Source of the DNA: the human T2T-CHM13v2.0 reference genome, Homo sapiens
DNA: 64,000 bases
Assembly: GCF_009914755.1 (NCBI RefSeq)
Contig: NC_060927.1
Reading direction: 5' to 3' (one strand)
Positions 27,401 to 41,543 of this stretch are shown here, piece after piece. Within the stretch, counting starts at the first letter, position 1; every line of letters starts with the position of its first letter. The translations under genes were made by a program, and so were the position numbers. The notes under the pieces were generated by a model, which did not search any database, was not told the origin of the DNA, and saw only the letters and a list, made by a program, of their open reading frames with translations.

Positions 27401-28510
27401 TGTCTTAGGCTTTTTAGGTTGTTCTTTAAAAGGACATTGGACTGAGTAATTTATGAACAGCATACATTTATAGCTCATAGTTCTGAAGGTAGAAAGTCCA
27501 AGGTCAAGTCACCAGCAGATGTAATGTCTGTTTAGAATTCACTCTCTGTTTCAAAGATAGCACCTTCTAGCTAGCTGTGTCTTCATGTGGTGGAAAGACA
27601 AAAAAGCCCCCTCAGGCCTCCTTTATAAAGGCACTACTCCCATTCATAAGGTCTCATACCTCATGATCCAATCACTTTCTGAATACAATTACCTTAGGGG
27701 TTAAGCTTCAATATATGAATTTTGGGGAACACAAATATTCAAACCACAGCATTTTGCCCCTGGTTTTCTGAAATTCATGTTCTTGTCACATGCAAAATAT
27801 ATTAATTTCATCCTAACAGCCCCAAAACTCTTAACTTGTTCTAGCATCAACTCAAAGTTCTTAAGACTAAAATCTCATCTAAATCTCATTTAAATTGGAT
27901 ACAAATGGGACTCAAGAAAATATGACTCATTCTGAGGCAAATTTCCCTTCCTGTAAGAAGATTGGGACTCCCTATAGCTCTTCTTTTCTGATCCATCAAC
28001 AGAATCACCCTTAATGATCCATTTATTGCATTGCAGGCTTTTTCTAGCAGGCACCTTCAAATCCTTCAGCCTCTAACCATTACTCAGTTCCAAAGCTGCT
28101 TGCACAGTTTTAGGAATTTGTTATAGCAACAGCCACTCTCAGTAACAATTTCTATGTTAGGATATTTGGGCTACTGTAACAAAATACCTTAGACTGGGCA
28201 ATTTAGAAGTAGCCTAAATTTATTGCTCATAGTTTTAGTTTCAGAAGGTGGGAAGTCCAAGAATATTCTTCAATAAGGGTTTGCTTTCTTCCTCAAAGTT
28301 GATGCTTTCTAGCTCGTCTTCCTATTATAGTAGGAGCAGAAAAGCTCCCTTAGACCTCTTTTATAAGAGTTACTAACTTCATTAATCATGAGGGCAGAGC
28401 TCCTGTAATTGAATCACTTTCTAAACACCCCTATCTTTTAATACCATCACCTTGGCAGTTAGGTTTTAACATACAAATTTAGTGATGAAAGAAACATTCA
28501 GACCACAGCA
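27401..28510 (-). mobile_element. MLT1A-type MaLR provirus with internal deletion: LTR 27401-27751, int remnant 27752-28152, LTR 28153-28510, inserted in an L2
   Basis: Two direct LTR copies, each ending ...attca[a/g]accacagca; internal termini ttttgcccctgg...cacatgcaaaata and ...ttgttatagcaacagccactctcagtaacaatttc. Confidence 0.85.
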
Positions 28511-28939
28511 CATCCTAATACCCAATCAATAACCAAGTTTTTTCTATGCTATCATTGAAAGAATTCTCTCAAATTCATTTAATATTCTGCATTTCTATTG
28601 CCACTATCCAAGTCTAAGCTTAGAGTTACATATACATATATGTGTATAAATGTTTGTATATATATATAATATAATTCCCAAACTCAAATAAATTAAAACA
28701 TAAAAAAAAATCAATAGAAAAGGAACAAAAACATCCTCTTCATTGAGTCTATATTCACCATTAGATTTGTTTTGTTTGAATATCTATTATAATCTACTCC
28801 CTGGCTGCTGACCTAGTCAGTGAAATTCTCAATATTTTCTTTTAATATCTGGCCACACTGCCTCATTTTCTGTTATACCCCCCAAAAAATAAATTTTTAA
28901 TTCTCAGCATTTCACTTTTCATCACACATTAAATCATCA

Positions 28940-29511
28940 TGTTATAGGACCAACAGATCTGTATGCATGCTGCACAGTAACATACCAGTTACACCAAAAC
29001 GGCAGGAATACAGCAGAGAAAGACTTTAATTATTGTAGGGTATAGAGTGAGGAGATGGAAGAAAACCCTCAAATCCATCTCCCCAAGGAGTTCTGAGGTG
29101 AATTATGAAGGGTGAAGGGCTGCAAAATTGGGGTCATTTATTGGCTGGGGACAGGAGAATGAAAACTTCAGTATGTGAAAAATGCATTATTTGGTGAGTC
29201 AGCTCCTCCTGGGGTCCTTCAGACCAGCTGAGTCAGTAGTTTCATCAGTACACAGGACCTAAAGGAATATTCCAAAGGAATAACTTAATGTTTCATAATG
29301 TTCAGATTGTTATGTACAGAGCAGTTAAGGGAACTATAATCTAGGGTCCACATCATTTTAGGACAATAGGGACCAAACGATTATGAGAAAGCAGGTCAGG
29401 GAGCAAGCTGACCTAATAATTAATGCTGAGTATGTTGCAAGCTTAGTTTATTTTTGTTTCTCCCTTCTTTTCTCCTCTGATTAATTTTATAAAGCTATAA
29501 GGACAGTTTCA
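28940..29511 (-). mobile_element. LTR49-like ERV1 solo LTR
   Basis: Reverse strand TGAAACTGTCCTTATAGCTTTATAAAATTAATCAG...TTGGTCCTATAACA; TSD ATCA/ATTA. Confidence 0.82.
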
Positions 29512-29779
29512 ATTATATATGCCGTATCTCAAGTTAAGTTGTCACAAATCCATGCCCCCTTTTAGACTCTATCTCTTACCCTCCAAATGACTAATATTTA
29601 CATATATTTAACGTATCAGCTGAAAAATAGATGAACTGCCTCTGAAGTTATTTACAGCTGAAGTGACTAAAAACAGATACAAATATAGGATAAACATTTA
29701 TATTTTAAATTTTATAATCACAAGCCTTGTAATAACCTCAGAGAGATATTATCTCCTTCAGGTTTAAGTATCCATAAGT

Positions 29780-29840
29780 CAAGGACACCCGTGTACAGTT
29801 ATACAGGTTGCATACTGCACAACTCTAGGAGTGCTATTTA
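29780..29840. mobile_element. MER91-like hAT-Tip100 fragment
   Basis: cagttatacaggttgcatactgcacaac. Confidence 0.35.
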
Positions 29841-29969
29841 TACAAGTTAGCTCACAGCCCACACATTGAAAGATGGTGAATGATGAGCAGTGAGTCTGAA
29901 GGGGCATCTGATGAATGTCCATTATATCTCCTCAGGCCCATGAATCTAGCCCCAGATGATGTGACAAGC

Positions 29970-31390
29970 CGTAAGAAACCCCGACAGAATCAGCTAAGTA
30001 TCTAAGAACTATTTAGATAGTTCAGCAAGTTTTCTAGATACATAATAAACTTGAAATCACTGATCAACTGATAGATCTCTTACCAACAACAACCAACTAG
30101 AAGTTGAAAGTAAGATACCATTTTTGTTATCAACAAAATGCATAAGCATTTTGGAATCAAATACTGTCAAACACATAAACAAACAAAAATTCTGGTGAAT
30201 TTTAAATTATAAGACACAAAAGGAGATTTTAATATATGGGAAAATATTCTGTGTTCATGTGTGAAAGCACTTACGTGTGAGTCACCAAGCCAGTTAGAAT
30301 ACACAGCTAACCAGCATCACAAAAATCTTGGGGATAGCACTGGTGATGAACAGACAAATATATTAATAACATGGAAAAGATGATATATAAATATATATGT
30401 ATGTGTACCTGACATCTCAAAACCATGAAGAAAAGGCAGATTGTTTTAATGATATTTTAGGCAAATTTGCCTCACTGTATAAAGCCTGAGTCCCTTTCTT
30501 TCACTTTACACAACAGATTAAAGTTTCCTTTAGATTAAACATTCGGTTATAGAAAAGCAAAATATAAAGCTAATAAAAGAAACTATTGAAGAATATATTT
30601 GTGATCCGGATATATGAAAAAATATTTAAAATATCTGAAATATACAAATCATAAACAGAAAACTTGGTGGATTTCACCATATCAAAATTAAAGATCACTT
30701 AACAGACACTGGGTTAGTTGGAAGAGTTTATTTGCAATATCTAAAACTGATGATAAAGGATTAAGAAAGAATATCCAAATAATTGCAAGTCACAAAGACA
30801 ATGACAAAAAGCTTGATAGAAAAATGAATAAAAGACTTTAAAAGGCAATTCATAGAAAAGAAATTCATATGTCTGAAAAGCATATGAAGAGTTGTTTAAA
30901 CTCAATATTAATCAAATAATTGGAAATTGTAACAACAATGAGATATAACTTCATAATTCATCAGAATAGTGAAAATCAGAAAATGGGATAATTCCAGTTA
31001 TTGGCAAGGATGTGAGTAGACAGCAACTTTCACACCCTGCTGGCAGTGTATACTGCAGCAGCCATTCTGGAAAGCCATCTGGCTATATTTAGCAAAATTA
31101 CGTATGCATGTTTCCTATGACACAGACATTCCAGTCTTAATATATGTTCCAGAAAATACATGTACATATCAGTGGGGAACATTTATAAATATACTCATTT
31201 TGGCATTTGTAACGGTAATAAAAAATGATGGCATTCTAGTTGTCTATCATCAGGGAATGGGTTTGTAAAATATGGTGGACGTGAACAATACAGAAGCAGT
31301 AAGATGCAGCAAGCTGTAAGTACAAATGGCAACATAGACAAGGAAATTAATCAAGGTTTATAGTAAGCTACCATTTATTTAAATTAACAC
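29970..31390 (+). mobile_element. Old L1M (L1ME-like) ORF2 end and 3' UTR fragments
   Basis: agttcagcaagtttctagatac, aggcaattcatagaaaag, aagcatatgaagagttg, ttattggcaaggatgtgag, ctgctggcagtgtatactg. Confidence 0.8.
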
Positions 31391-31429
31391 CACACATAAC
31401 ACGTTTATGAGTATGTATGCATGCACAAA

Positions 31430-31660
31430 CACACACACACACACACACACAATTAGCTATTTATTCCTAGTTTGAATCAGTTAGAATGATACTAGACCAG
31501 ATATGGTTAAAAATAAACACTTTTAAATATCTATGGAAGACTTAATCAACTATATATACATTATATATATATATTTAGAGAGAGATAATATAATGTATAT
31601 ACACATATGCACATATGTGTATATGTGCATGTGTTTATATGTGTGTATAAAACATATGTC
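31430..31660. repeat. (CA)n and (TA/TG)-rich simple repeats
   Basis: Seen directly. Confidence 0.85.
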
Positions 31661-34104
31661 TAAAAAGCATAAAGTTATCATCACAATATATAAGGATTTA
31701 ACATATATTTATGGTAGTTTCATGATTCATTTATAAAATGGTGGGATTTAAATCTTCTGATATTCAAATATCCACAAAGGGAGCTTGGAATATTTTCTTA
31801 ATGGCAACTGTACTGATTATGTGGTTCTGATAATCTACTTTACCAAGTCTATTGAAGAAATGCAGAGAACTGCTTCATAGCCAAGCGGTGACGGTATCAA
31901 TTATCCTTCACATGAGTTAAATTCTTTTCTGTGACTTCTGTGGTTTTGCAGATTAAAGTAGGAGTTAGAAGAGGGTTCTGAGAACACATAAGGGACAGTA
32001 AAATGAATTTTGCCCTTAAAATTTTTGACAGAATAGAAAAGGAAATTTAATCAGCCACTTTACATTTACATTATTGATTACCAGCAGGATTTTGACTGTC
32101 GTGGGTAAATATCAAGAAAGCTAATTAGATTATTTCACAATTTGTGTGAAGATTAACAGCAGGCATTATTGTATATAAAATGAAAACTCAGAAGAAGGGA
32201 GTTCTGTTCTCTTAAATCTTTTCTTTCCTCATAAGGCTGCTTTCTTTTCCTATATCTTTTATATCCATAGGATAATGGGATCAAACTGTGCACTGCACAG
32301 AATATAGATTTGTGCTGGATTGTTCTGTAAGTTTAAGTATGCAGACAGTGTGGTTTTTATCCCTGATATACCAAGGGTCTGCATAGCCACGTGGAAAGAT
32401 TAATTACAGCTCACATCAATTTTGGCCTCTAGATGTCATGTAAAGTACGTAACATCTGAGAGGAAGCTGCGGAATTTTGATTATGGCCATCTGAAAAACT
32501 GTGTGAGCCAGAGTGGGAAAAGAAAGCGGGCTTTTATATTTTTCTACAGAGTGTGCACTAGGCAAGCAAAGGCAGATAGGCTGAAAATCGTGTCTTGGAG
32601 GTGCTGTTAAGAAATGCTCACTTACTTCAGTCAGTTAACTCATAGGATTAAAAGGAGGGAGATGAGGTCTTATAAGAGGTGTGCCCCATTTGACCAGTTT
32701 CTAAGATTGAAAGTGATGTTGTTGACAGCACTTAGAATATTCAAGGTATTACAGCAATTAATACACTATTGCATACCTGAGAGAAAAAAAAAACAGAAAG
32801 CAGCAAGTACTAAGATTTATAGTCACTTTTATGACCTTCCTTTAAAAACAGAATGAATAAGAGAGGGGCAGAATTGAATGAATCTTAACTAAATTCTTAT
32901 ATATGTGTAATTCTAGTATTTTGATGTGAGAGAAGGCAAATGATACGGGCACGCTGCTTCACAGCAGGAAAATAAAATGTGTTTCAGTCTGCTTCACAAA
33001 ACTGAGGAAAAAGAGAACTAGATGAATCACAGAAAAAAAAATCCATCAAAAAAATCTGTAACATGGATTAGAAAAGGAGACCATATCTGTTCGTCTTTAT
33101 GTTTCTTACAATCTGCAGTTAATTCCTCAGAGTGTAGCTCCCTAGATATTTAAGGACAATGGGAAATGTCCACAAGCCCTCCTCTTATTTCCATTCGCAG
33201 CCCTAGAATGCAGTGGGCTGCAAACAACAAGCCATTTAAATGCCTCCCGAGGAGAATAGATATGCTGCAAGTAGGCAAGCTCACTCTAAGATGAGCAAGG
33301 AAACATAAAGCAGGCAGACAGTGAGGATAGGGAAATCATGCAGAAGAACCAAAAGAAAGGAAAAAGAGCAGAATATAAGAAAATGAGAGTCTGCTTAAAC
33401 CGATGTATGGTAACAAGCTCAGACACTGGAAAAACTTCACAGTCAAAACTGAAACAGCACATCTGATTTGCAGAAGCAGAACAGTGCAAAAATGAATAGT
33501 GTAGAACATTTTGGTCCTTAAAGCTAGGTTCACATTCATCCCCAGGAAATGCCAGTGATTGAAAAAGTATTGGATTCCTCTTGAGTAGTTAAAGATGAAT
33601 TTCTTCTTTTTCCCTGGAGCTGTCAAAATTGGGAAAGAAGCTCAGAATAATTGCTGGACTTGGTCTCATAATTAGAGATCTCGTTTGTGTGTCCGAAATG
33701 GGCAACCTTTTAACCAAACAAAGTTTCACTGAGTACACAACAAAAAACATTATTATTATTTATATTAAATTATATGTGTACTTTAAGAGAAAAACCACAG
33801 TGTTTACAAATCATCATGTTAACCTCAAGCATCCCTTAAGCCATATGCCAGCCATCCTCAATTATCCCTTTTACTACTGATTATTTGGAAAGTTTCCCAT
33901 AGTAGAAACAATCTTAAAAATTTACTAGGCCCAAATCAAAGTGCCATTAGCAAACAAGACTGGTACCAAACCTATATGCCAAGAGATTAAAAGAAACTGA
34001 GAAGAAGTTTCTCTTTGAAAATGGCATCTGTCACCGAGCTCATGACCAAAATATCCTCCAACTTATTACTAGAGTATATATAAAAACATGCACACCCAAA
34101 ATAG

Positions 34105-34496
<392 letters not shown>

Positions 34497-34570
34497 TCAA
34501 TCTATTTCCAGTCCATAGGAATTTCCACTAACAAAAAGTTTGTAGAAACTACTTAGTATATACATTCTGC

Positions 34571-34879
34571 TTTTTAATTTTATTTTTATTTTTAGGAGAC
34601 AGAGTCTCTCTCTGTTGCCCAAGCTGGAGTGCAGTAGCATGATCTCGGCCCACTGCAGTCTCTGCCTCCCGGGTTCAAGCAATTCTCATGACTCAGCCTC
34701 CTGAGTAGATAGGACTACAGGCACAGGCTACCATGCCTGGCTAATTTTTTTACATTTTAGTAGACAAGGGGTTTCACCATGTTGCCCCAGGCTAGTCTCG
34801 AACTCCTCAGCTCAGACAGTCTGCCCACCTCGGCCTCCCAAAGTTCTAGGATTACAGGAGTGAGCCATCGCACCTGGCC
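34571..34879 (-). mobile_element. Older Alu (S/J class)
   Basis: Full dimer; 17-bp TSD tacttagtatatacatt at 34550-34566 and 34880-34896. Confidence 0.93.
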
Positions 34880-35755
34880 TACTTAGTATATACATTTTGT
34901 ATATACATCAATCAGCTGTTCATGCTAAGCCAGCTACAGTCTTGCTAATTGGAAGTAGAAGGAAGACCCTTTGTCTACCCTTCTGCTGCTAGATTAAGTA
35001 TTTGAGTACTTTCAAGATTTCTCTATGAACCAGGGAACTGGATTGGACAGAACTAAATATTACTTAAAGACATGTCCCACATCTCCTTAAACAGTATTGT
35101 GTGCTCTATCAAGACCCCTCCCCTTACATGCCTGTCAACTCTGTTTCACTACAAATACTTGCATTAGATTATTGGGTCCCTTCGCATTTTTTCCTCTATT
35201 CTCATTTGTTTCCATGTGAAACCTCACACCGAGTATCCTATCTGAAGCTTTGAGAACCACTGAGAAAAGTGGAATTCAGTGAAGAGAGAAGGGGCAGGGG
35301 TTGTGAACAGGTCTTAATAGTAAGCACTCAGAAATTCAAGAGATAACCCCAAGTCTTTGGTGCTGAAAGGACAGAGGAACAGAGGAAGTATTTGGGGAAC
35401 TGAATAACAAGAAAGAACTAGGATCAATAAATCAAATACACTCTCTTTTCTCATCTTCATGTTCTATTTCAATCTGCACTTGCTTGGGGATAAGCAAGCC
35501 ATTTTCTTTTCTCTGTAGTTAATTTTGTGTTCAGTGGAGTATGTAAGTATGCTTCTTAACTCGTAGAAATAATAGTGCATGTGCAGAATATAGGGAGAGA
35601 AGTGGCTTAAAGGAAAGACAAACTTTAGCCTCTTTTTAAATCAATAATTCTGTTTTTCCATGATTTTTCAAAGCCATAAGCCAAATCCTAGAGAACAGTT
35701 CTGTAATATAGAATACAATGCTTAAAGTCCTTACTCTGATCTGGACATGCTGTAA

Positions 35756-35759
<4 letters not shown>

Positions 35760-35797
<38 letters not shown>

Positions 35798-35855
35798 CTG
35801 TACATATATATATACACATATACATAGTGAATACACACCATATATATGTATATGC
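35760..35855. repeat. (CT)n followed by a TA/CA-rich repeat
   Basis: Seen directly. Confidence 0.9.
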
Positions 35856-35864
35856 AAACACCGT

Positions 35865-36010
35865 AACAACTTCACAAGGCAGGTGTTACCTCATTTTCAG
35901 ATGTGGAATAATAGATTTAAGGAGTTGGGTAACAAGTAGAAGCTCGTAGAGCCTGAAAATGGCTGAGCCAGGATTCAGTCCCAGTTCTGCGTGACTGCAA
36001 ATTCCACTTG
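35865..36010 (-). mobile_element. MIR fragment
   Basis: cctcattttcagatgtggaa...ggctgagccaggattcagtcccag...tgactgcaaa. Confidence 0.7.
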
Positions 36011-36592
36011 GCCTTCCCATGTCTCCCATTTTCTAATTGTATTGTGAGGATTCTAGCCCTATTCTAGGCTAAACTATGTGTTAATGTTGGCAGAATTCCT
36101 TGAAAGTGTTCTTCCCAAGACCCTGAACCCTAATTGTCCCAAGGAGCTAATACACTATACAAAACCACAAAATATTTCTTGTTCTTAGTTTAAAGTTGCT
36201 GTCTTTTAACTGTTAAGTTTTAGATTAGGCTCACTGAAATAAAACAAAATGGATATAATGTACACAACCAAGTGAACACTAAGATGTAAACATTTCTGCA
36301 TCTAGAATGCAGATAAGGACACACAGAACTACAAGGTTTCTTGGTCACTAATGTGTGTTACTCATATTATTTCCTACAGTGTTGTACTGAAATTTATAAA
36401 CAAAAAATTGGTCAAGTATTGTATCCTCTATATTCTCCTCTGATGCATGCAATTAACAAAGTAGCAAATATGAAGCTGCCCATACCTATTAGAGGAGGGA
36501 AGGAAGAAACAGAAGGAGGGAAACTGGGAGTGAGGAATGGAGAGAGCGAGCAGAGGGAGAGAGGGAAGAAGAGAAAGGAAGACTTTATTCAT

Positions 36593-36651
36593 ATTTTATT
36601 TTTTTTATTTCATAGGTTTTTAGGGAACTGGTGGTATTTGGTTACATGAGT
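36593..36651 (-). mobile_element. Extremely 5'-truncated L1PB-like 3' end
   Basis: T-rich tail then cataggtttttagggaactggtggtatttggttacatgagt. Confidence 0.7.
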
Positions 36652-37060
36652 GTTTGTTTTGCTGCTGAAACATGGCTTTTGAAGAAACTTAACTAAAAGA
36701 GTGTTTGTGGAAAACAATATATTGGCATCCAAAAGTCAAAGGAAAATGGACTATATTCCAACATTTAATCTAACTCATTAGTGTGTTCTGCTCTATTCCT
36801 TTGAAGCAGAATGTGACAGCATTGCATGACCACCCTGTATTTGTCATTCTATTTGTTTCCTGAAAAGGTGAGCAGTATGACATATATCCCACATATGTGT
36901 CTCAAATAGCAGTTCCTAGATGGAGTTATACTTGTCTCTTCATTTTGTTGTGACGTTAACTCATGAATATTAGGTCACTTTTCTGATGCCTGAAATTACA
37001 ATAAATAATAAAATAGCACTCTAGGAAGATGGAGAGAAACATTCATTCAAACAAGAAACA

Positions 37061-37367
37061 TTATTTATTTATTATTTATTTTTGAGACTGAGTCTCACTC
37101 TGCCACCCAGGCTGGAGTACAGTGGTGTGATCTCGGCTCACTGCAATCTCTGCCTCCTGTGTCCAAGTGATTTTCCTCCCTTGGCCTCCTGAGTACCTGG
37201 CATTACAGATGCCCATTACCATGCCCGGCTAATTTTTTGTAATCTTTAGTAGACATGGGATCTTGCCATGTTGGCCAAGCTGGTCTTGAACTCCTAACCT
37301 CAGGTGATCTACCCGCCTCTGCCTCCCAAAGTGCTGGGATTACAGGTGTGAGCCACCATGCCTGGCC
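37061..37367 (-). mobile_element. AluSx-like
   Basis: (TTAT)n tail; cctcaggtgatc (no 2-bp deletion); ends cctggcc. Confidence 0.92.
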
Positions 37368-37799
37368 CGAAGCATTCATTTTTAAAACACAAATAAGTTT
37401 CACAGACAAAAATTTTCTAACATAAGATCTTTAATATTCAGAGTTCTCACTTTTTTTTTTTTTGCAAATGTCCTAAAGCTAACAAATGTTTGGCTGTTTA
37501 ATATACAAAAAATGTATACCAATTAAGACCTTTTCCTGTCATAACTCTTTCTTTCCAGATTATTTCAGTAGAGGCCAGGACACCCCAAATCCTGTTCTAC
37601 TTTGCTCACTGGCTGGGGAACTTGCCTGTCAACAATGGGGTTGTGAGGTGGCTTCACAATGAGGCAGTGAGGTGGGTTCCTTCCCTATAAGTAATTAGCT
37701 CACCTGTTCTCATCATGACCAAATGAGAATGCTTGACCAAATGAGAATACACCAGTCAAAAACAAAAGTTCTTTCAAACATGTAAAGTACACTGGATAT

Positions 37800-37972
37800 A
37801 TAGGATAGAGTACTCTGTCACCTGCGTCAGAACTGCAGGGAAATCTTGTTAAATCATAGATTGCTGAGCCCCAACTCCAAGGTTTCTGATTAAGTAGGTC
37901 TGAATGGGGCTCAAGAGCACATTCCCAGGTGATGCTGTTGCAGCTGCTCTGGGTTTTACACTTGGAGAACCA
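37800..37972. mobile_element. MER5A hAT-Charlie element
   Basis: cttgttaaatcatagattgctgagccccaactccaaggtttctgattaagtaggtctg...cccaggtgatgctg...cacttggagaacca. Confidence 0.8.
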
Positions 37973-39139
37973 TATGGGGAGTTATGGGCATTCATGACAC
38001 AAGAAAGCTTGTTGCATAATATTTCAAGAGATACCAATCAGTAATTTTATTCCCATGTCACATAATGAAAAATGAAAATGAAATGATATAGCCCTCTAAG
38101 AATTGTCAAATCGTCAAATCCTGCATTCAAAGTTCTCCTTTTTATTTTCTTAATCCAAGACTTGTAATCTTTGATATTCTTCTTCTTCTTTTTTTTTTTT
38201 TTTTAACCGTAGCACCTTGATACATTACTCAATAAATACAGTTACTTTTTTTTTTTTTAACTAGGAAGTGAGAGGAAAGGAAATCTTTCATACTGGTAAG
38301 TCTGGCTATTAGAAACAAAACTTCTTTTTTTGACAATAGACGCTGGTCAGGCTTACACAAAATTTTGCAGGCATTTATCTAGTTCTTACGCCAAATGAGT
38401 TCAAGAAATCATTATCTAGAAGAGACTTCAAATCATAAGTTCATCATGGCTGATAAAATCCAGAGGTAAATAAATTAGGGTTCCAATTCCCTCTTCTTTA
38501 AACCCCACCTTGGGCAGAGTTATAAGAAAAATTGCCAGCTAACTAGCATTGTTATTTTTAAACAGTTATCATCATTATTACATATGTATGTACATGTATT
38601 TTCAGTGTTCGTTCTATAAGTATTAACTGGTCTCTAGAAGGCTGCATTAGCACAGCTTTACTCATCTTTCTGAAGAATAATATTTTTCAAAGCTCTTAAT
38701 AGCTTAGTTTCTTATCTCAAAACAATAACGATCATGTCATAATTTCTACTAATTAATCAAAATTCAGTGCATAGTAATTTAAATATCTTCTCTGTCTTTC
38801 TACCAACACCATCCATCATGCATAAACACACATACACATATATATACACAGCATTTTAAAGTAATTTCTAGATTAAGCTTTCATACACTTAGAAAGTAAT
38901 AGCCCTGTGGCCTTCTCATTTCTAAAATACATTCAACAGCTTTAGTTTTTCTGTGAAAATCCTTTTCCTAACCATATAAGTCCCATTATTTCTTGAGCCT
39001 TTTATGGATTTTGTCAGTTTTTAACTGATGCATCTTGCTGGGCATGCTCACTAGAAATTTAAAATAAGGTTAATTCTTAAGAAGTATCATTGAAAAGTTA
39101 AATCTTCTATATAAAAATTAATTTTTTTTCTGTAGATTT

Positions 39140-40070
39140 CTGTTTGAGATAGGGCAATTCTAGGTCATCTAACATATAAACTCCCAAACATTAGCGGGTT
39201 ACATAATAGAAGTTCACTTCTTTCCCATGTGACAGTCCACTATTGGTGTTCTTTCAAAACCAAATTCCCACAGGGCGATTCACAGACTCCACCCCTTAAC
39301 CCCCCACAACTCTTTCTAATAAGTAGCTCCATCTTCCCACAGGGCAGCAGTAATCCAGCACCACAGAAAATATTCAAGACTTTTTTAGTGATTTCGTGAG
39401 GTAATTTTTGTAATAATACTGAAATGTTATCTGTCTTTTTTATTCTCACCCCGATGAGCTAACTGTCACATTCTCCATAACTGTATGATATGTGATAACT
39501 TAGTCACTTGAATGAAGAATAAGAAAGACAGTAATCAGATTTTCAAAATGTAAAACAATGCCAGTTTTCTATTTTTTTGAAATATAGTTATATGTCATAA
39601 ACATGGATTATGTTTACATAATGGGTATTTGTTTTATAATAAATGTGTTAAAATACTTTTTTAAGAATTTCTCAATTGTCATTTTGAATACCATAAGTAC
39701 TGATGGACTATAATCCAGAAATAAAAAAGCTCTTGAGATCTTCAATATTCTTTAAGGATATAGTGGGATCTTGAGACCAAAAATTTTGAGAGCTGCTATG
39801 AGACGGTAATAGATATTTTCTTTTCTGGTTGTGTTAAGGAAAGAGAGAGTGGGGAAGATATAACCACATCTTAAGCTCCATGGCATAAAAGTGGAATCTA
39901 TCAATTCTGATGCGATCCAATGGTAAGAACTAGCATGTGGTCCATGGTAAAGAAGGGTGAAGGTTCTAGGAAACAAAAGCCCTGTCAGGCAGCCACTCCA
40001 GAGCTACAGTTCGATGCTCTGGAAAGAGGAGCACAAATCTTTGGTAGACAGACAACTGTCAGTTCCATAA
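39140..40070 (-). mobile_element. Old MLT1 (J/K-like) LTR split by a Charlie element
   Basis: aaactcccaaacattagcgggttacataatagaagttcacttc...; ggaaagaggagcacaaatctttggtagacag. Confidence 0.55.
39370..39797. mobile_element. hAT-Charlie (Charlie1/MER119-like) fragment
   Basis: End motif aaaagctcttgagatcttcaatattctttaaggatatagtgggatcttgagaccaaaaattttgagagctg. Confidence 0.65.
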
Positions 40071-40294
40071 TGTTCAATACAACAGTCATTATTCTCTTGG
40101 AAACATATTTAAATCATTTGGAAGAAAATGCCTTAGTTGAGTTTTCTGTATGCCCCCTTATAAAGTAGATGAATCATTCTTCTTTAAATAACGTAGCCAT
40201 TTTCCAAAAGCAAGATAAGCAAGCCCAACAAAGTGCGTAAAAATTATCCAGGTCATTAAAGAGGTAGATATATCACACTGTGCAGCGTTTACCA

Positions 40295-40518
40295 TAGAAA
40301 GTTGTACAGGTTGTTCATCGAATAAAGTTGACAGCCACAGAGCTCCTTGGAAGCTGAAGTCCAGCCAGATCCTCTTAGCAAACTATTCACCCTGGTACTT
40401 GCCAGTTTCACCCCCAAAAGAAGCACACTTTATTTTTTTAAGAAAAGCTCAAATTTACTTAATGGTATGCTTTTATGTAATTTGCACAAAGGCATCATAC
40501 AAGCCATAAGCAGCCCTG
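40295..40518. mobile_element. MER91-like hAT-Tip100 element
   Basis: agttgtacaggttgttca...aatttgcacaaaggcatcatacaagcc...cagccctg. Confidence 0.5.
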
Positions 40519-40742
40519 TCTGCTGACTCTATGAAGACAGACATTTTAAATGTCTAAATTAGTTCCTGATACATAGTAAAAACTCAATGGATATTTGTTG
40601 AATAAATACACAAAAACATTGAGCCATGGATCGATATGTAACTAGAAAGATGCTTATAATGGCATAGTTTAACACTCTGTCATTGACCTTGAGACTAGTC
40701 AACATTTTTATTAAAGCCTTAGCTATAGAAAGAGAAATAATA

Positions 40743-41148
<406 letters not shown>

Positions 41149-41543
41149 TTAGGGCCCTCACTAACACAAGTCAACTTAATCAAAATAAATATCTTGCTTG
41201 TACACAGAATAAAAACCAATTTTCTAAGTGTATGCATCTTGACAAAAAGTAGTTTATATTTTTTAAAAGCTTTAAATGCTTTTGTTGACTAAAATTATAA
41301 AAGTAATTAACAATATGATGTAGTGCGAAAAATAGCAAATGATTAATTAACATATCCAAACTTAAAGTAGACTGATTTGCCATTATACGTCTTAAGTATT
41401 ATATCCAGTTTGAGATGTCATACTTTAAAAGCTTGGGTTTTTTCATAAAGGCAGAGTTTTTCCAGAGCAATACTTGGCCTACAGAGATAGAACGAGGGGG
41501 AAACAATTAGCGTTTATTCAGTATTTGTCAAGAAAGTGACAAT

